From the NCBI GenBank assembly GCA_964629815.1, contig CAZVTA010000003.1, positions 1 to 46,720 of the forward strand: a DNA stretch of 46,720 nt. The letters are read 5' to 3'. The DNA comes from an uncultured Candidatus Saccharibacteria bacterium (GTDB taxonomy: Bacteria > Patescibacteriota > Saccharimonadia > Saccharimonadales > AWTP1-31). The position numbers and the translations under genes were made by a program. The notes beneath the pieces are model-generated. The model was not told the origin of the DNA. It did no database searches and was given only the letters and a program-made list of their open reading frames with translations. Below, in pieces: positions 15,097-24,001 of the stretch; positions within the stretch are counted from its first letter, which is position 1; each line of letters begins with the position of its first letter.

Positions 15097-16869
15097 ATGA
15101 ATCGTTTCAAGACCTTTTTGGCAACCTCAGCACTTTCTATTGGAGTATTTATTGGCGTAGGCGCATTGCAGCCCGGCCGAGTTGAGGCTCTTGCCGCTAA
15201 TCCTGTAGCAGCGCCACAGGTGTCGTTTACGTTTGACGATGGTCCGGTATCGAATATTACTAACGTTGCTCCTGTGCTTGCACAGTACGGTTATACGGGT
15301 ACCGCTTACATCACGACGAGTTGCGTTGGCAAAACGACCGTACCAAATACCTGTGCCGCTGACAACAACGTAAAATATATGACGTGGGCACAAATTAAGG
15401 CGCTTCAGAATACGTACGGTTGGGAAATTGGTTCACATAGCGTGACTCACCCACTTATGTCTACGATTAATGCTTCTAAACTGGAAAACGAAGTTGCAAA
15501 AAGCAAGGCAGCTCTACAAGCGCAAGGTTTTAACCCTACTTCATTTGCCACCCCGTACGGTGACTATAATGATAAAGTTATTGCAGCAATTGCAAAATAC
15601 TATACAAATCATCGACCTTTTCACGATACTGGTTACAACACATGGCCGTACAACAATTACCTGCTACGTGTACAACAAGTGCAGTATGGAGTAAGTGTTG
15701 ATACGATAAAAAGTTATATCGATGCCGCCAAAGCAAACAATACATGGCTTGTGTTGGTGTTTCATGATGTACAGCCAAACCCTAGCACTGACCCAGAGGA
15801 CTATCAGTATTCTGCAGCTGACCTTTCGGCAATTGCAGCGTACGTGAAGTCTCAAAATATTAAAGTAACAAATGTATCGAATGGGCTGGTTAATGCGCCT
15901 GCAGCCGACAATCTACTTTCTGCACCAGATCAAACAGCAGGTTCCACGCTATCTGGTGGCTGGACAACCGATACGACGACCAACGTCACGGTTGACGCTA
16001 CTTCAAAGGGTAGCGCACCCGAAGCGGTAAAATCGGTCGCAGTGACTGCATCGACAACTAAGCCGGTACATGTGTTTTCTTCAAAAGTTACTGTTAACCC
16101 AACCAGCACCTATGTGGTAAAAGGCTATATTAATATTGCGAGCAAAACAGCGGGCGAAGTTGGTTTTTATATCGACGAGTACGACGCAGCTGGCAATTGG
16201 ATTAGCGGCCAGTATAAGCAGACCGTAGCGGAGTTATACATAAAAGACATTTCATTTGTATATACCGCTTCCTCGCTTGCTGTTGCACAGGCGCGCTTGC
16301 AGATTATTGTCTCTCAAGCATCGGGCATAAAAATGTATATCGATAATATAAACTGGTTTGTTACAACTGCTGGTTCAGGAAATCCAACTCCCCCGCCAAC
16401 ACCAACCACAACTAATGTGTTAACGAATAGTCAGTTCGACCAAGGCTTGACGGGGTGGCGAACCGATAATGCCAGCGCAATTGTGGTAGATAACACGGGC
16501 ATGGGTAGCGGTACTTCGACTTCGACGTCAGTCAAACTTGTATCTCCTGCAAGTGGTTTGCGCAACGCACACCTATTTTCAGACCTGGTGAGTGTCAGTA
16601 GTGCAAAACAATACACAGGTTCCGCCTATGTAAATATCGCACAATTAGGCACAGGCGAAGTTGGTTTTTATATCGACGAGTACGACGCAGCAGGCAATTG
16701 GATTAGCGGTAAGTATGTTTATGGTAAACGAACGGCAGGTGCAGAAAATATAACCTTTAGCTACACCCCAAGTTCTACTAGTGTCGCGAAAGCCAGTGTG
16801 CAAATTATCATCACTGCTGGAACGAATACAACGGCATACGTTGATAATGTTCAGCTCACCACCTCTTAG
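15097..16869 (+). CDS. Secreted polysaccharide deacetylase (NodB domain) with two C-terminal CBM-like repeats
   Basis: AGGAGA SD, signal peptide, NodB motifs FTFDDGP and GSHSVTHP. Two roughly 165-aa repeats each contain GEVGFYIDEYDAAGNWISG. Confidence 0.8.
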   Translation: MNRFKTFLATSALSIGVFIGVGALQPGRVEALAANPVAAPQVSFTFDDGPVSNITNVAPVLAQYGYTGTAYITTSCVGKTTVPNTCAADNNVKYMTWAQIKALQNTYGWEIGSHSVTHPLMSTINASKLENEVAKSKAALQAQGFNPTSFATPYGDYNDKVIAAIAKYYTNHRPFHDTGYNTWPYNNYLLRVQQVQYGVSVDTIKSYIDAAKANNTWLVLVFHDVQPNPSTDPEDYQYSAADLSAIAAYVKSQNIKVTNVSNGLVNAPAADNLLSAPDQTAGSTLSGGWTTDTTTNVTVDATSKGSAPEAVKSVAVTASTTKPVHVFSSKVTVNPTSTYVVKGYINIASKTAGEVGFYIDEYDAAGNWISGQYKQTVAELYIKDISFVYTASSLAVAQARLQIIVSQASGIKMYIDNINWFVTTAGSGNPTPPPTPTTTNVLTNSQFDQGLTGWRTDNASAIVVDNTGMGSGTSTSTSVKLVSPASGLRNAHLFSDLVSVSSAKQYTGSAYVNIAQLGTGEVGFYIDEYDAAGNWISGKYVYGKRTAGAENITFSYTPSSTSVAKASVQIIITAGTNTTAYVDNVQLTTS

Positions 16870-16876
16870 TTACTGA

Positions 16877-18397
16877 CTATACTTCGTGCAAAATTGAGAT
16901 CTTGGCGCCAAGACTATTAAGACGTTCGGCGAGATCTTCGTACCCACGGTTGATGGTGTATACATTACGCAGCATGCTTATGCCGGGTGCAGCAAGCATG
17001 CCGAGCAGAATGATGACTGCTGGCCGAATGCCACTTGGTGCGACAATGTCGGCAGCTTTAAACTTGGTTGGTCCATTGATAAAAACGCGGTGAGGATCTG
17101 CTAACTCGAGATTCACACCAATCTTTTTCATTTCGGTAAACATAAGTGCACGGTCTTCGTAAACCCAGTCGTGTATTAGGGTTCGGCCTTTAGCAAGTGC
17201 GGCAATAGGAACAAAATAAGGCAAATGATCGATATTGAGACCTGGGAAGACGCTTGGGTGTAGCTTTTCTGCGGGCGCAACTAATTTGCCGTTATGTTTC
17301 ATGATAGTAATGTCTACAAGGTCGGTCTGGCCGTTATCGGCTTTGTATGGTTTTGTTTGCTTGTATGACAGTCCCATTTTTTCAAGTTTAAGAAGCTCTA
17401 GTTCTAAAAAGTCGATAGGTGCGCGTTTAACCGTAATGCTTGAGTTCGTCACGACCGCCGCAGTAATAAACGTCATGGCTTCAACTGGATCTTCGCTTGG
17501 GTTATACGAAATGTTTTTCTTAATATTTTTTATGCCACGAACCCGCAAAGTACTTGTGCCGATACCTTCGATTTTTACACCAAGCTTCTTTAGGAAAAAG
17601 CATAGGTCTTGCACCATGTAGTTTGCACTTGCCATTTTTATGACCGTCTCGCCTTCAAAGCCGGCTGCCGCCATCAGGATATTTTCGGTTGTTGTATCGC
17701 CTGATTCGTAGAGTACAACAGGTCGATCAGGCAGTTGTTTTTTGACCATAACGTCATAATGGCCAGACTTTGTGCGTACTTGTACGCCAAACTCCTCAAG
17801 ACCGTACAGGTGTGGAAGCACGGTTCGTTTGCCCAGCTCGCATCCACCCGCATACGGAATAGGGAAGTGTTTGAGGTGATGCATCAAAGGGCCAATAAAC
17901 ATAATGACACTGCGTGTTTTTTTTGCAGCTTCTTTGTCCATAAAGGCAAGGTCAAGTGTTGCAGGCGGTTTTATTTCTAGGTCGTTACCAATCCAGCGAA
18001 CTGCTACGCCAATACTACGGAGTACTTCGATGAGTCGTTTAACTTCTTCAATATTTGGAGCATTTTTTATCCGTGTCGTTCCTTTGTTGAGAAGGCTTGC
18101 ACACAAAATGGCAACGGTAGCGTTCTTAGAGCTTTTAAGAGTAATACTGCCAGAAAGCGTATGACCGCCTTCAATGCGTAAGTTGACGGCTCCACTTGAA
18201 ATACTGATGAGTGGTTTATTGAGCACATCGCTAATTCTTGCTAGGGTATCAAGGCTGAGGTTTTGCTTGCCGTGCTCAATACGATTAACTGCAGATTGGC
18301 TGGTGCCAAGCTGTTTAGCGAAGGCAGATTGTGTAAGACCACGTTCTTGTCGTATCTGGTAAATTAGTTGCCCAATTTTTTCATTTGTGGTGGACAT
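16877..18397 (-). CDS. murA: XRE-type HTH domain fused to UDP-N-acetylglucosamine 1-carboxyvinyltransferase
   Basis: Residues 1-65 are a Cro/C1 HTH (LTQSAFAKQLGTSQSAVNRIEHG). The rest aligns with MurA, including the catalytic loop GGCELGKR and the C-terminal INRGYEDLAERLNSLGAKI. Confidence 0.85.
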   Translation of the reverse strand: MSTTNEKIGQLIYQIRQERGLTQSAFAKQLGTSQSAVNRIEHGKQNLSLDTLARISDVLNKPLISISSGAVNLRIEGGHTLSGSITLKSSKNATVAILCASLLNKGTTRIKNAPNIEEVKRLIEVLRSIGVAVRWIGNDLEIKPPATLDLAFMDKEAAKKTRSVIMFIGPLMHHLKHFPIPYAGGCELGKRTVLPHLYGLEEFGVQVRTKSGHYDVMVKKQLPDRPVVLYESGDTTTENILMAAAGFEGETVIKMASANYMVQDLCFFLKKLGVKIEGIGTSTLRVRGIKNIKKNISYNPSEDPVEAMTFITAAVVTNSSITVKRAPIDFLELELLKLEKMGLSYKQTKPYKADNGQTDLVDITIMKHNGKLVAPAEKLHPSVFPGLNIDHLPYFVPIAALAKGRTLIHDWVYEDRALMFTEMKKIGVNLELADPHRVFINGPTKFKAADIVAPSGIRPAVIILLGMLAAPGISMLRNVYTINRGYEDLAERLNSLGAKISILHEV

Positions 18398-18447
18398 ATC
18401 AAAGAATATATATCAAAGGTGGTAATAAATCAAACACTAAATGCGGA

Positions 18448-18768
18448 TTATATAATCTGTAGAGCGTCGTAAACAGCGCCAATAACAGCTGCTTCTGCTT
18501 TTGCAATGTCTGGACAGTTTTTGTAGTTACATACTGCACGAAGCGCTGTTGCGCTAATTGCATTTGGCCACGTATCTTCTTCTCGCAAGGGTCGTGGAAC
18601 CGCCAATACGTGCAGAGCGCATTCGCCAATACATCTCTGCCGATGTAGCATAGATTCGTTACGAGCGATTCCGAGGCTGTCTGTTCCCAGTAGGTCGCAG
18701 AGCTGTGCATCGGTCTCGGTAGTAATGGTTATTGAGTGTCTCCTGTGCATAAGTTGTTGATTGTACAA
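18448..18768 (-). CDS. Hypothetical Cys-containing small protein (frame choice uncertain)
   Basis: Two overlapping minus-strand ORFs exist here. This frame has the more protein-like composition. No motif. Confidence 0.35.
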   Translation of the reverse strand: MYNQQLMHRRHSITITTETDAQLCDLLGTDSLGIARNESMLHRQRCIGECALHVLAVPRPLREEDTWPNAISATALRAVCNYKNCPDIAKAEAAVIGAVYDALQII

Positions 18769-18829
18769 TAAAGTATCAGATATGTAAAGTAGCCGTGTGC
18801 TACACTAGTTGTAGAAAAGTGAGGGTTTT

Positions 18830-20113
18830 ATGAGCGACAATAGTGTTAAGAAATTGATACAGGCAGAAGAAAAACGACAGCGCGAAGGCCTCGAGCTTAT
18901 TCCGAGCGAAAACTATGTTAGCCGGGAAGTACTCGATGCCTTAGGAAGTGTCTTTACTAATAAATATTCCGAAGGTTACCCCGGAAAGCGCTATTATGGC
19001 GGACAGCAATACACCGATAAACTCGAGCAGCTGGCGATTGATCGCGCAAAGGCGTTGTTTGGTTCGGATCATGCAAATGTACAGCCACATTCGGGAGCGC
19101 CGGCCAATATCGCAGTGTATCAAGCGTGGCTAGAACCGGGCGATAAAGTTATGGCCATGAAGCTAGACCATGGTGGACATTTGACACATGGTCATCCAAT
19201 TACCAGTAGTGCAAAACTCTACAACTTTGTTCGCTACGGAATTAAAGACGTAGAGACAGGCGAAATAGATTACGACGAAATGTATGCCGTTGCAAAGAAA
19301 GAGAAACCGCGGATCATTCTCGCTGGTTTTAGTGGTTACCCAAGAAATCTAGACTATAAGAAATTTGCCGACATAGCTAAAGAAGTGGATGCAGTGCTTA
19401 TGGCAGATATGGCACACATAGCGGGGCTTATTGCTGGCAAAGCGTTGCCAAACCCCCTCGATTTTGGTTTTCATATTATGACTACAACCACACACAAAAC
19501 ACTTCGTGGTCCGCGCGGCGGCCTCATTCTGACCCGTGGAACAGTAGGCAACCCCCTTAAGACGCCAGAAAAAACGCGGGATAATTTGCCAACGCTTATT
19601 GATCGAGAGATTTTTCCTGGTTTTCAGGGTGGTCCACATATGCATACCATTGCTGCCAAAGCGGTTGCATTCCATGAGGCTGCGCAGCCCGCGTTTCAAG
19701 CGTATGCTCAACAGGTTATTGTTAATGCAAAGGCACTTGCCGATGAACTCATGAAGCGTGGCTTTAAACTTGTTACAAATGGTACTTCGAACCATATGAT
19801 AATGATTGATATTCCAAAAAGTATAGATGGTATGAATGGACGCCAAGCACAAGAAATTTTGGACGAAGTTGGTCTTAACGCTAATTGCAATGCTATACCA
19901 AATGACACATTGCCACCATTCTCGCCAAGTGGTCTTAGAATTGGAACGCCGGCAATTACAACACGTGGCCTTATCGAGAAAGATATGTCACGCATTGCTG
20001 ATTGGATGGAAAGAACACTCCGCAGTGCAAAAGATTCTGCACAACTGAAAGTAATTGCAAAAGAAGTGCAAGAATTTGCAATTACATTTCCGCTTCCCAG
20101 CGACCACTCCTAA
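18830..20113 (+). CDS. glyA: Serine hydroxymethyltransferase
   Basis: LELIPSENY, YSEGYPGKRYYGG, and the PLP-lysine region TTTTHKTLRGPRGG. GAGGG SD. Confidence 0.95.
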   Translation: MSDNSVKKLIQAEEKRQREGLELIPSENYVSREVLDALGSVFTNKYSEGYPGKRYYGGQQYTDKLEQLAIDRAKALFGSDHANVQPHSGAPANIAVYQAWLEPGDKVMAMKLDHGGHLTHGHPITSSAKLYNFVRYGIKDVETGEIDYDEMYAVAKKEKPRIILAGFSGYPRNLDYKKFADIAKEVDAVLMADMAHIAGLIAGKALPNPLDFGFHIMTTTTHKTLRGPRGGLILTRGTVGNPLKTPEKTRDNLPTLIDREIFPGFQGGPHMHTIAAKAVAFHEAAQPAFQAYAQQVIVNAKALADELMKRGFKLVTNGTSNHMIMIDIPKSIDGMNGRQAQEILDEVGLNANCNAIPNDTLPPFSPSGLRIGTPAITTRGLIEKDMSRIADWMERTLRSAKDSAQLKVIAKEVQEFAITFPLPSDHS

Positions 20114-20622
20114 GCTCCGGTTACATGCAGATTTTTATATCCGAGTCGTGTGAGCCGGTGGTTTAGTTCAGGAATACTATTTATATCCATCTGAAGAGAA
20201 GCAAGAAAAAGACAGTACATTCTGTCTGGCTGTGTTGTGTTGCGTCTGTCTGGGTGATACCGATTCTCGATTGTTGATGCAACAAGATGAATTGGTGGGT
20301 CTCCCGCAAGACGACGAGAACCCTGTGCGGCTGATCGCAGCCGAACGTGTCTTTGGGTGTCTAGCTCATACAGATACGTACACATTGCATAGTTGCGTCT
20401 GGTGGCCTTATACGGCAGTTCCTCAATTGTATTAATCGTATCTTGTACGACATGTGTCGCCTCGATAGTCTGTCTTCCGATTGCTATCACTACCCTATCT
20501 GAGGGCTGTTCAAAGAACGATTCCATATAACCTACGAGTGCATCGTGTGTTTCTTGTGTGCGTACAAGACATGGTTCGATATCAGCTGGCATCAGCGAGA
20601 TTACGTTGGATGAGTTGCGCAT
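20110..20622 (-). CDS. Hypothetical protein
   Basis: ORF 41 nt downstream of murB on the same strand; no motif. Confidence 0.45.
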   Translation of the reverse strand: MRNSSNVISLMPADIEPCLVRTQETHDALVGYMESFFEQPSDRVVIAIGRQTIEATHVVQDTINTIEELPYKATRRNYAMCTYLYELDTQRHVRLRSAAQGSRRLAGDPPIHLVASTIENRYHPDRRNTTQPDRMYCLFLASLQMDINSIPELNHRLTRLGYKNLHVTGA

Positions 20623-20663
20623 GGAATGTTATTGTAAAATATCTTGTAGCCAATCGCAAGTAT

Positions 20664-21689
20664 CTATATAATGGCAGGTTCTTGTTTGAGTTCGATACCA
20701 AATTTTCGTCGTACATCGTGAATGATTCTATTTCGAAACGCAAGTAAATCAGCCGTTGTTTTTGCGGAAACGTTTACAAGTACAAGCGCCTGGTGTTTCC
20801 ATGTACCCATGCCAGTATCGGTATCGACGATACCTTTTGTGTAGCCCACCTGTTCCATGAGCCATGCCGCCGATAGCTTTATGCCTTTTTTCGCGTCCCA
20901 GTGGGGCATGTCAGGAAATTTTTGCAAAAGTTTTGTCGCGCTTTCGGTATCGATAATTGGGTTAGCAAAGAACGAACCATTGTTGGCAACATGTTTTGGA
21001 TCCGGCAATTTTGACGCACGTATAGCTACAACAGCATCGCGAAGATTTTGTGGAGAAAAATCGCTTATATTGTGTTGTTGTAGGTATGTATCGAGACTTG
21101 CATAGAAGGGAGGAGCAAGCCATTGGTAATTCAGGCGGAGTGTAATCGAAATAATTGCAAACCTTCCCTGCTTTGCGCCGTTAAAGATGCTGGTGCGGTA
21201 TCCAAACTGGCAATCGCTATCTGGAATGTTAACAACCGTATCATTTTCGCTGTCGTAAGCCTCTACGTTTATAAGAACATGAGAAATATCTTGCCCATAC
21301 GCACCAACATTTTGCACGGGGGTTGCTCCTGCGGTGCCGGGAATAAGCGACAAGCATTCAATACCAGATAGTCCTGCTGCGACCGTTCGCGCGACGCAAT
21401 CATCCCAGTTCTCGCCCGCTGCCATTTTTACGTATGCATGTTCATCATCTTCCTTGGTAATCGAAAAACCTGAAATACGATTGACGATAACAAGGCCGTT
21501 GTAGCCGTCGTCTGCCCAGATGATATTACTTCCTTCGCCGATGACAATCCATTTATGTTTGTGTTGTTTTGCCCAGCGAATTGCATCGATTAGTTCATGG
21601 GCGCTGTAAACGGTAGCGAGTTTTTTTGCTGCTCCGCCTAGGCGCATTGTCGAATACAGACGAAGATCGACATTATTTTTAGTCCGCAT
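20664..21689 (-). CDS. murB: UDP-N-acetylenolpyruvoylglucosamine reductase
   Basis: N-terminal FAD-binding region (STMRLGGAA...GEGSN) and a C-terminal MurB domain pattern. Confidence 0.9.
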   Translation of the reverse strand: MRTKNNVDLRLYSTMRLGGAAKKLATVYSAHELIDAIRWAKQHKHKWIVIGEGSNIIWADDGYNGLVIVNRISGFSITKEDDEHAYVKMAAGENWDDCVARTVAAGLSGIECLSLIPGTAGATPVQNVGAYGQDISHVLINVEAYDSENDTVVNIPDSDCQFGYRTSIFNGAKQGRFAIISITLRLNYQWLAPPFYASLDTYLQQHNISDFSPQNLRDAVVAIRASKLPDPKHVANNGSFFANPIIDTESATKLLQKFPDMPHWDAKKGIKLSAAWLMEQVGYTKGIVDTDTGMGTWKHQALVLVNVSAKTTADLLAFRNRIIHDVRRKFGIELKQEPAII

Positions 21690-21755
21690 GTATGTAGTAT
21701 ACCCGATAACGGCTTATGCTTGCCTGTACTTGCCCAGACCTAGTACCATATAATC

Positions 21756-22298
21756 ATGCAGGGAAAGTCACCACGCACACCATTTAATCATCTTGGCCGA
21801 ACTTTGCGGATTTTACGCGAGGAACATAAACAGAGTGTTGCCGAAGTTTCGGGGGCAGTTGAGGTTGATGAGCATGTATTACAGCGAATAGAAAGTGGTG
21901 AAGAAAAGCCAAGCGAAGACATACTACTGCTTCTGATTAGTTATTTCGACGTTCAGGACGACGAAGCGACGCGGCTTATGGAAATGGCGGGGTACCTTAC
22001 GGGTGATACGGGCGATCGAAGCATTCAAGACGCTACGAATATAGCGTTCGTGATGCCTATGGATATGCGCGTTGTATACACAGACAACGTCCATGTTTCG
22101 GTCAATAATTTCGGTGTTATGATGAACTTTATGCAAGGGGGTGGCCCCAACAATCAGCCACTGGCTGTTGCGCGTATTGGGATGAGCAAAGAGCATGCGC
22201 GAAGTGTTATTTCTGTATTGCAAGATGCACTTGATAGAAGCGAGCAACCTCCAAAACAACTAAAGCCACCACGTCGTGCAAAGTCTAATGATGTTTAG
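21756..22298 (+). CDS. XRE-type HTH protein with a DUF3467-like C-terminal domain
   Basis: HTH (LREEHKQSVAEVSGAVEVDEHVLQRIESGE). The C-terminal V.VN.FGVMMNF......VARIGMS.EHA..V...L resembles DUF3467. Confidence 0.55.
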   Translation: MQGKSPRTPFNHLGRTLRILREEHKQSVAEVSGAVEVDEHVLQRIESGEEKPSEDILLLLISYFDVQDDEATRLMEMAGYLTGDTGDRSIQDATNIAFVMPMDMRVVYTDNVHVSVNNFGVMMNFMQGGGPNNQPLAVARIGMSKEHARSVISVLQDALDRSEQPPKQLKPPRRAKSNDV

Positions 22299-22716
22299 GT
22301 TACGTAGTACTCAGCGAACTGAAACACATGCCCAGCCGATTGATGCACGCGCCGAGAAACCGCGGTGGCATGCTTCGCGGTGGGCGTACCTGGGTGCAGT
22401 GCTCGTTGGTCAGTTGGTGGTTGTTGGTGTTGCCTATACTGCAGCGAAAGACGTGGTTACAGATGGTAAAGATTCATTCGAACAAAGTACCGATAAAGCA
22501 ATTCAGTCTGCAGAAGAATTCTATGACAGTAAGATCGGTAAAGTTGATGAGGCAGTGATTCGGTTCGATCAAGCAAAGAAAGCCTGCATGGTCATTACCG
22601 AGTACAAGCCGGTGATGGATGCACTAAGGGCCTTAGCTACTACTACAACTGTAGTAGCTGTGCCGCAATCTGAAACAGCAAACACTGCGGGCTCAACAGC
22701 TACAACTACTCCATAA
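22276..22716 (+). CDS. Membrane-anchored hypothetical protein
   Basis: One TM segment (WAYLGAVLVGQLVVVGVAY). The start probably lies at ATG 22288, overlapping the upstream stop. Confidence 0.5.
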   Translation: MQSLMMFRLRSTQRTETHAQPIDARAEKPRWHASRWAYLGAVLVGQLVVVGVAYTAAKDVVTDGKDSFEQSTDKAIQSAEEFYDSKIGKVDEAVIRFDQAKKACMVITEYKPVMDALRALATTTTVVAVPQSETANTAGSTATTTP

Positions 22717-23965
22717 ACTGTAGTTCTGGGTTAGCTTCTTCGATACGCAGCAGTTCATTGTATTTTGCGGTTCGCTCGCCACGACACGGTGATCCTGACT
22801 TAATAAATTTACAGCCGAGCCCAACAGCTAGATGTGCAATCACTGTGTCTTCTGTTTCGCCTGAACGATGAGACATGATTGTCGTCCAGCCAGCGTCGTG
22901 AGCGGCTTTAACTGCAGCAATAGTTTCGGTAAGCGTACCAATTTGGTTTGGTTTTATGAGTGCCGTATTGCATGCGCTCGTGTCGATGGCTTTTTGAATG
23001 CGGGTAACATTGGTGGTAAGTAAGTCATCGCCTACAATTCGAAGATTTTTGGTACTTGCAGTAAATGCGGTCCAGCTTGACCAGTCTTCTTCTGCAAACG
23101 GATCTTCGATAGATGCAATAGCGTAGTGTTTGATAATTTTTTTATACCAGCGCGATAGCTGCTCGGCAGTGAGTTTTTTGTGCTCGCTTTTTAGTTCATA
23201 GGTAGGGTTAAAGTATAGTTCGCTTGCTGCTACGTCGAGTGCGAGCTGAACGTCGCTGCCCAAATGTAGCTTTAATGTCGTACAGGTTTGGGCAAGTAGC
23301 TCGAGGGGTTGTTCATTACTTTGAACGTGCATTGCATAACCACCTTCATCGCCTACGCTTGTGGCTTGCCCAATGTCAACCAAGGCGTCTTGTAAGGCGT
23401 GGAAGATGCTGCTACCAAGCTCAATAGCGTGAGCAATCGAGTCCGGACGAGCAGGTACAACCATGTATTCCTGTATATCGGCTCCATTCGTCGTATGACG
23501 ACCACCGTTTATAACATTCATCATAGGAATTGGCAGGCAGGCGGCTGGTTTTTCTGCAAGCTCATTGACGTGCTGCCACAGTTCGACGTTCTTTGACGCT
23601 GCTGCTGCTTTGCATACTGCAAGCGAAACCGCGAGAATCGCATTCGCACCGAGTATGCTTTTATTGGTCGAGCCATCAAGCTCGATAAGTGTCTGGTCGA
23701 TGTTGTTTTGGTCGAGCGCATCCATGCTGATCAGTTTTTTTGCGATAATCGTACGCACGTTTCGTACTGCATGCAGTACGCCTTTGCCTTGGTAGTGGTC
23801 GGTATTATGGTCTCGTAATTCGTGAGCTTCAAAGCTACCGGTCGATGCACCACTTGGTACGCTTGCGCGCCCAACCGAACCGTCTTCAAGTAATACATCT
23901 GCTTCGACAGTTGGGTTTCCGCGTGAGTCTAGAATTTGGCGAGCTGTAATATGTGTAATCTTCAT
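22706..23965 (-). CDS. eno: Enolase
   Basis: MKITHITARQILDSRGNPTVEADV plus full-length enolase similarity. Start set at the ATG of MKITHI. Confidence 0.95.
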   Translation of the reverse strand: MKITHITARQILDSRGNPTVEADVLLEDGSVGRASVPSGASTGSFEAHELRDHNTDHYQGKGVLHAVRNVRTIIAKKLISMDALDQNNIDQTLIELDGSTNKSILGANAILAVSLAVCKAAAASKNVELWQHVNELAEKPAACLPIPMMNVINGGRHTTNGADIQEYMVVPARPDSIAHAIELGSSIFHALQDALVDIGQATSVGDEGGYAMHVQSNEQPLELLAQTCTTLKLHLGSDVQLALDVAASELYFNPTYELKSEHKKLTAEQLSRWYKKIIKHYAIASIEDPFAEEDWSSWTAFTASTKNLRIVGDDLLTTNVTRIQKAIDTSACNTALIKPNQIGTLTETIAAVKAAHDAGWTTIMSHRSGETEDTVIAHLAVGLGCKFIKSGSPCRGERTAKYNELLRIEEANPELQFME

Positions 23966-24001
23966 GGATATAACCGTAAGCATATTCTATAATACAAAGT
24001 C

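Noticed and set aside
16153-16710. Repeated 57-nt sequence considered as a possible CRISPR or other intergenic repeat
   Set aside because: There are only two copies. Both are in frame within one long ORF and encode the same peptide inside a duplicated protein domain. This is not a repeat-spacer array.
18399-18710. 103-aa minus-strand ORF ending next to the murA start
   Set aside because: It overlaps the more protein-like frame 18448..18768, and its C-terminus is a low-complexity Leu/Tyr/Pro stretch. I did not list it as a feature, though the region is flagged as ambiguous.
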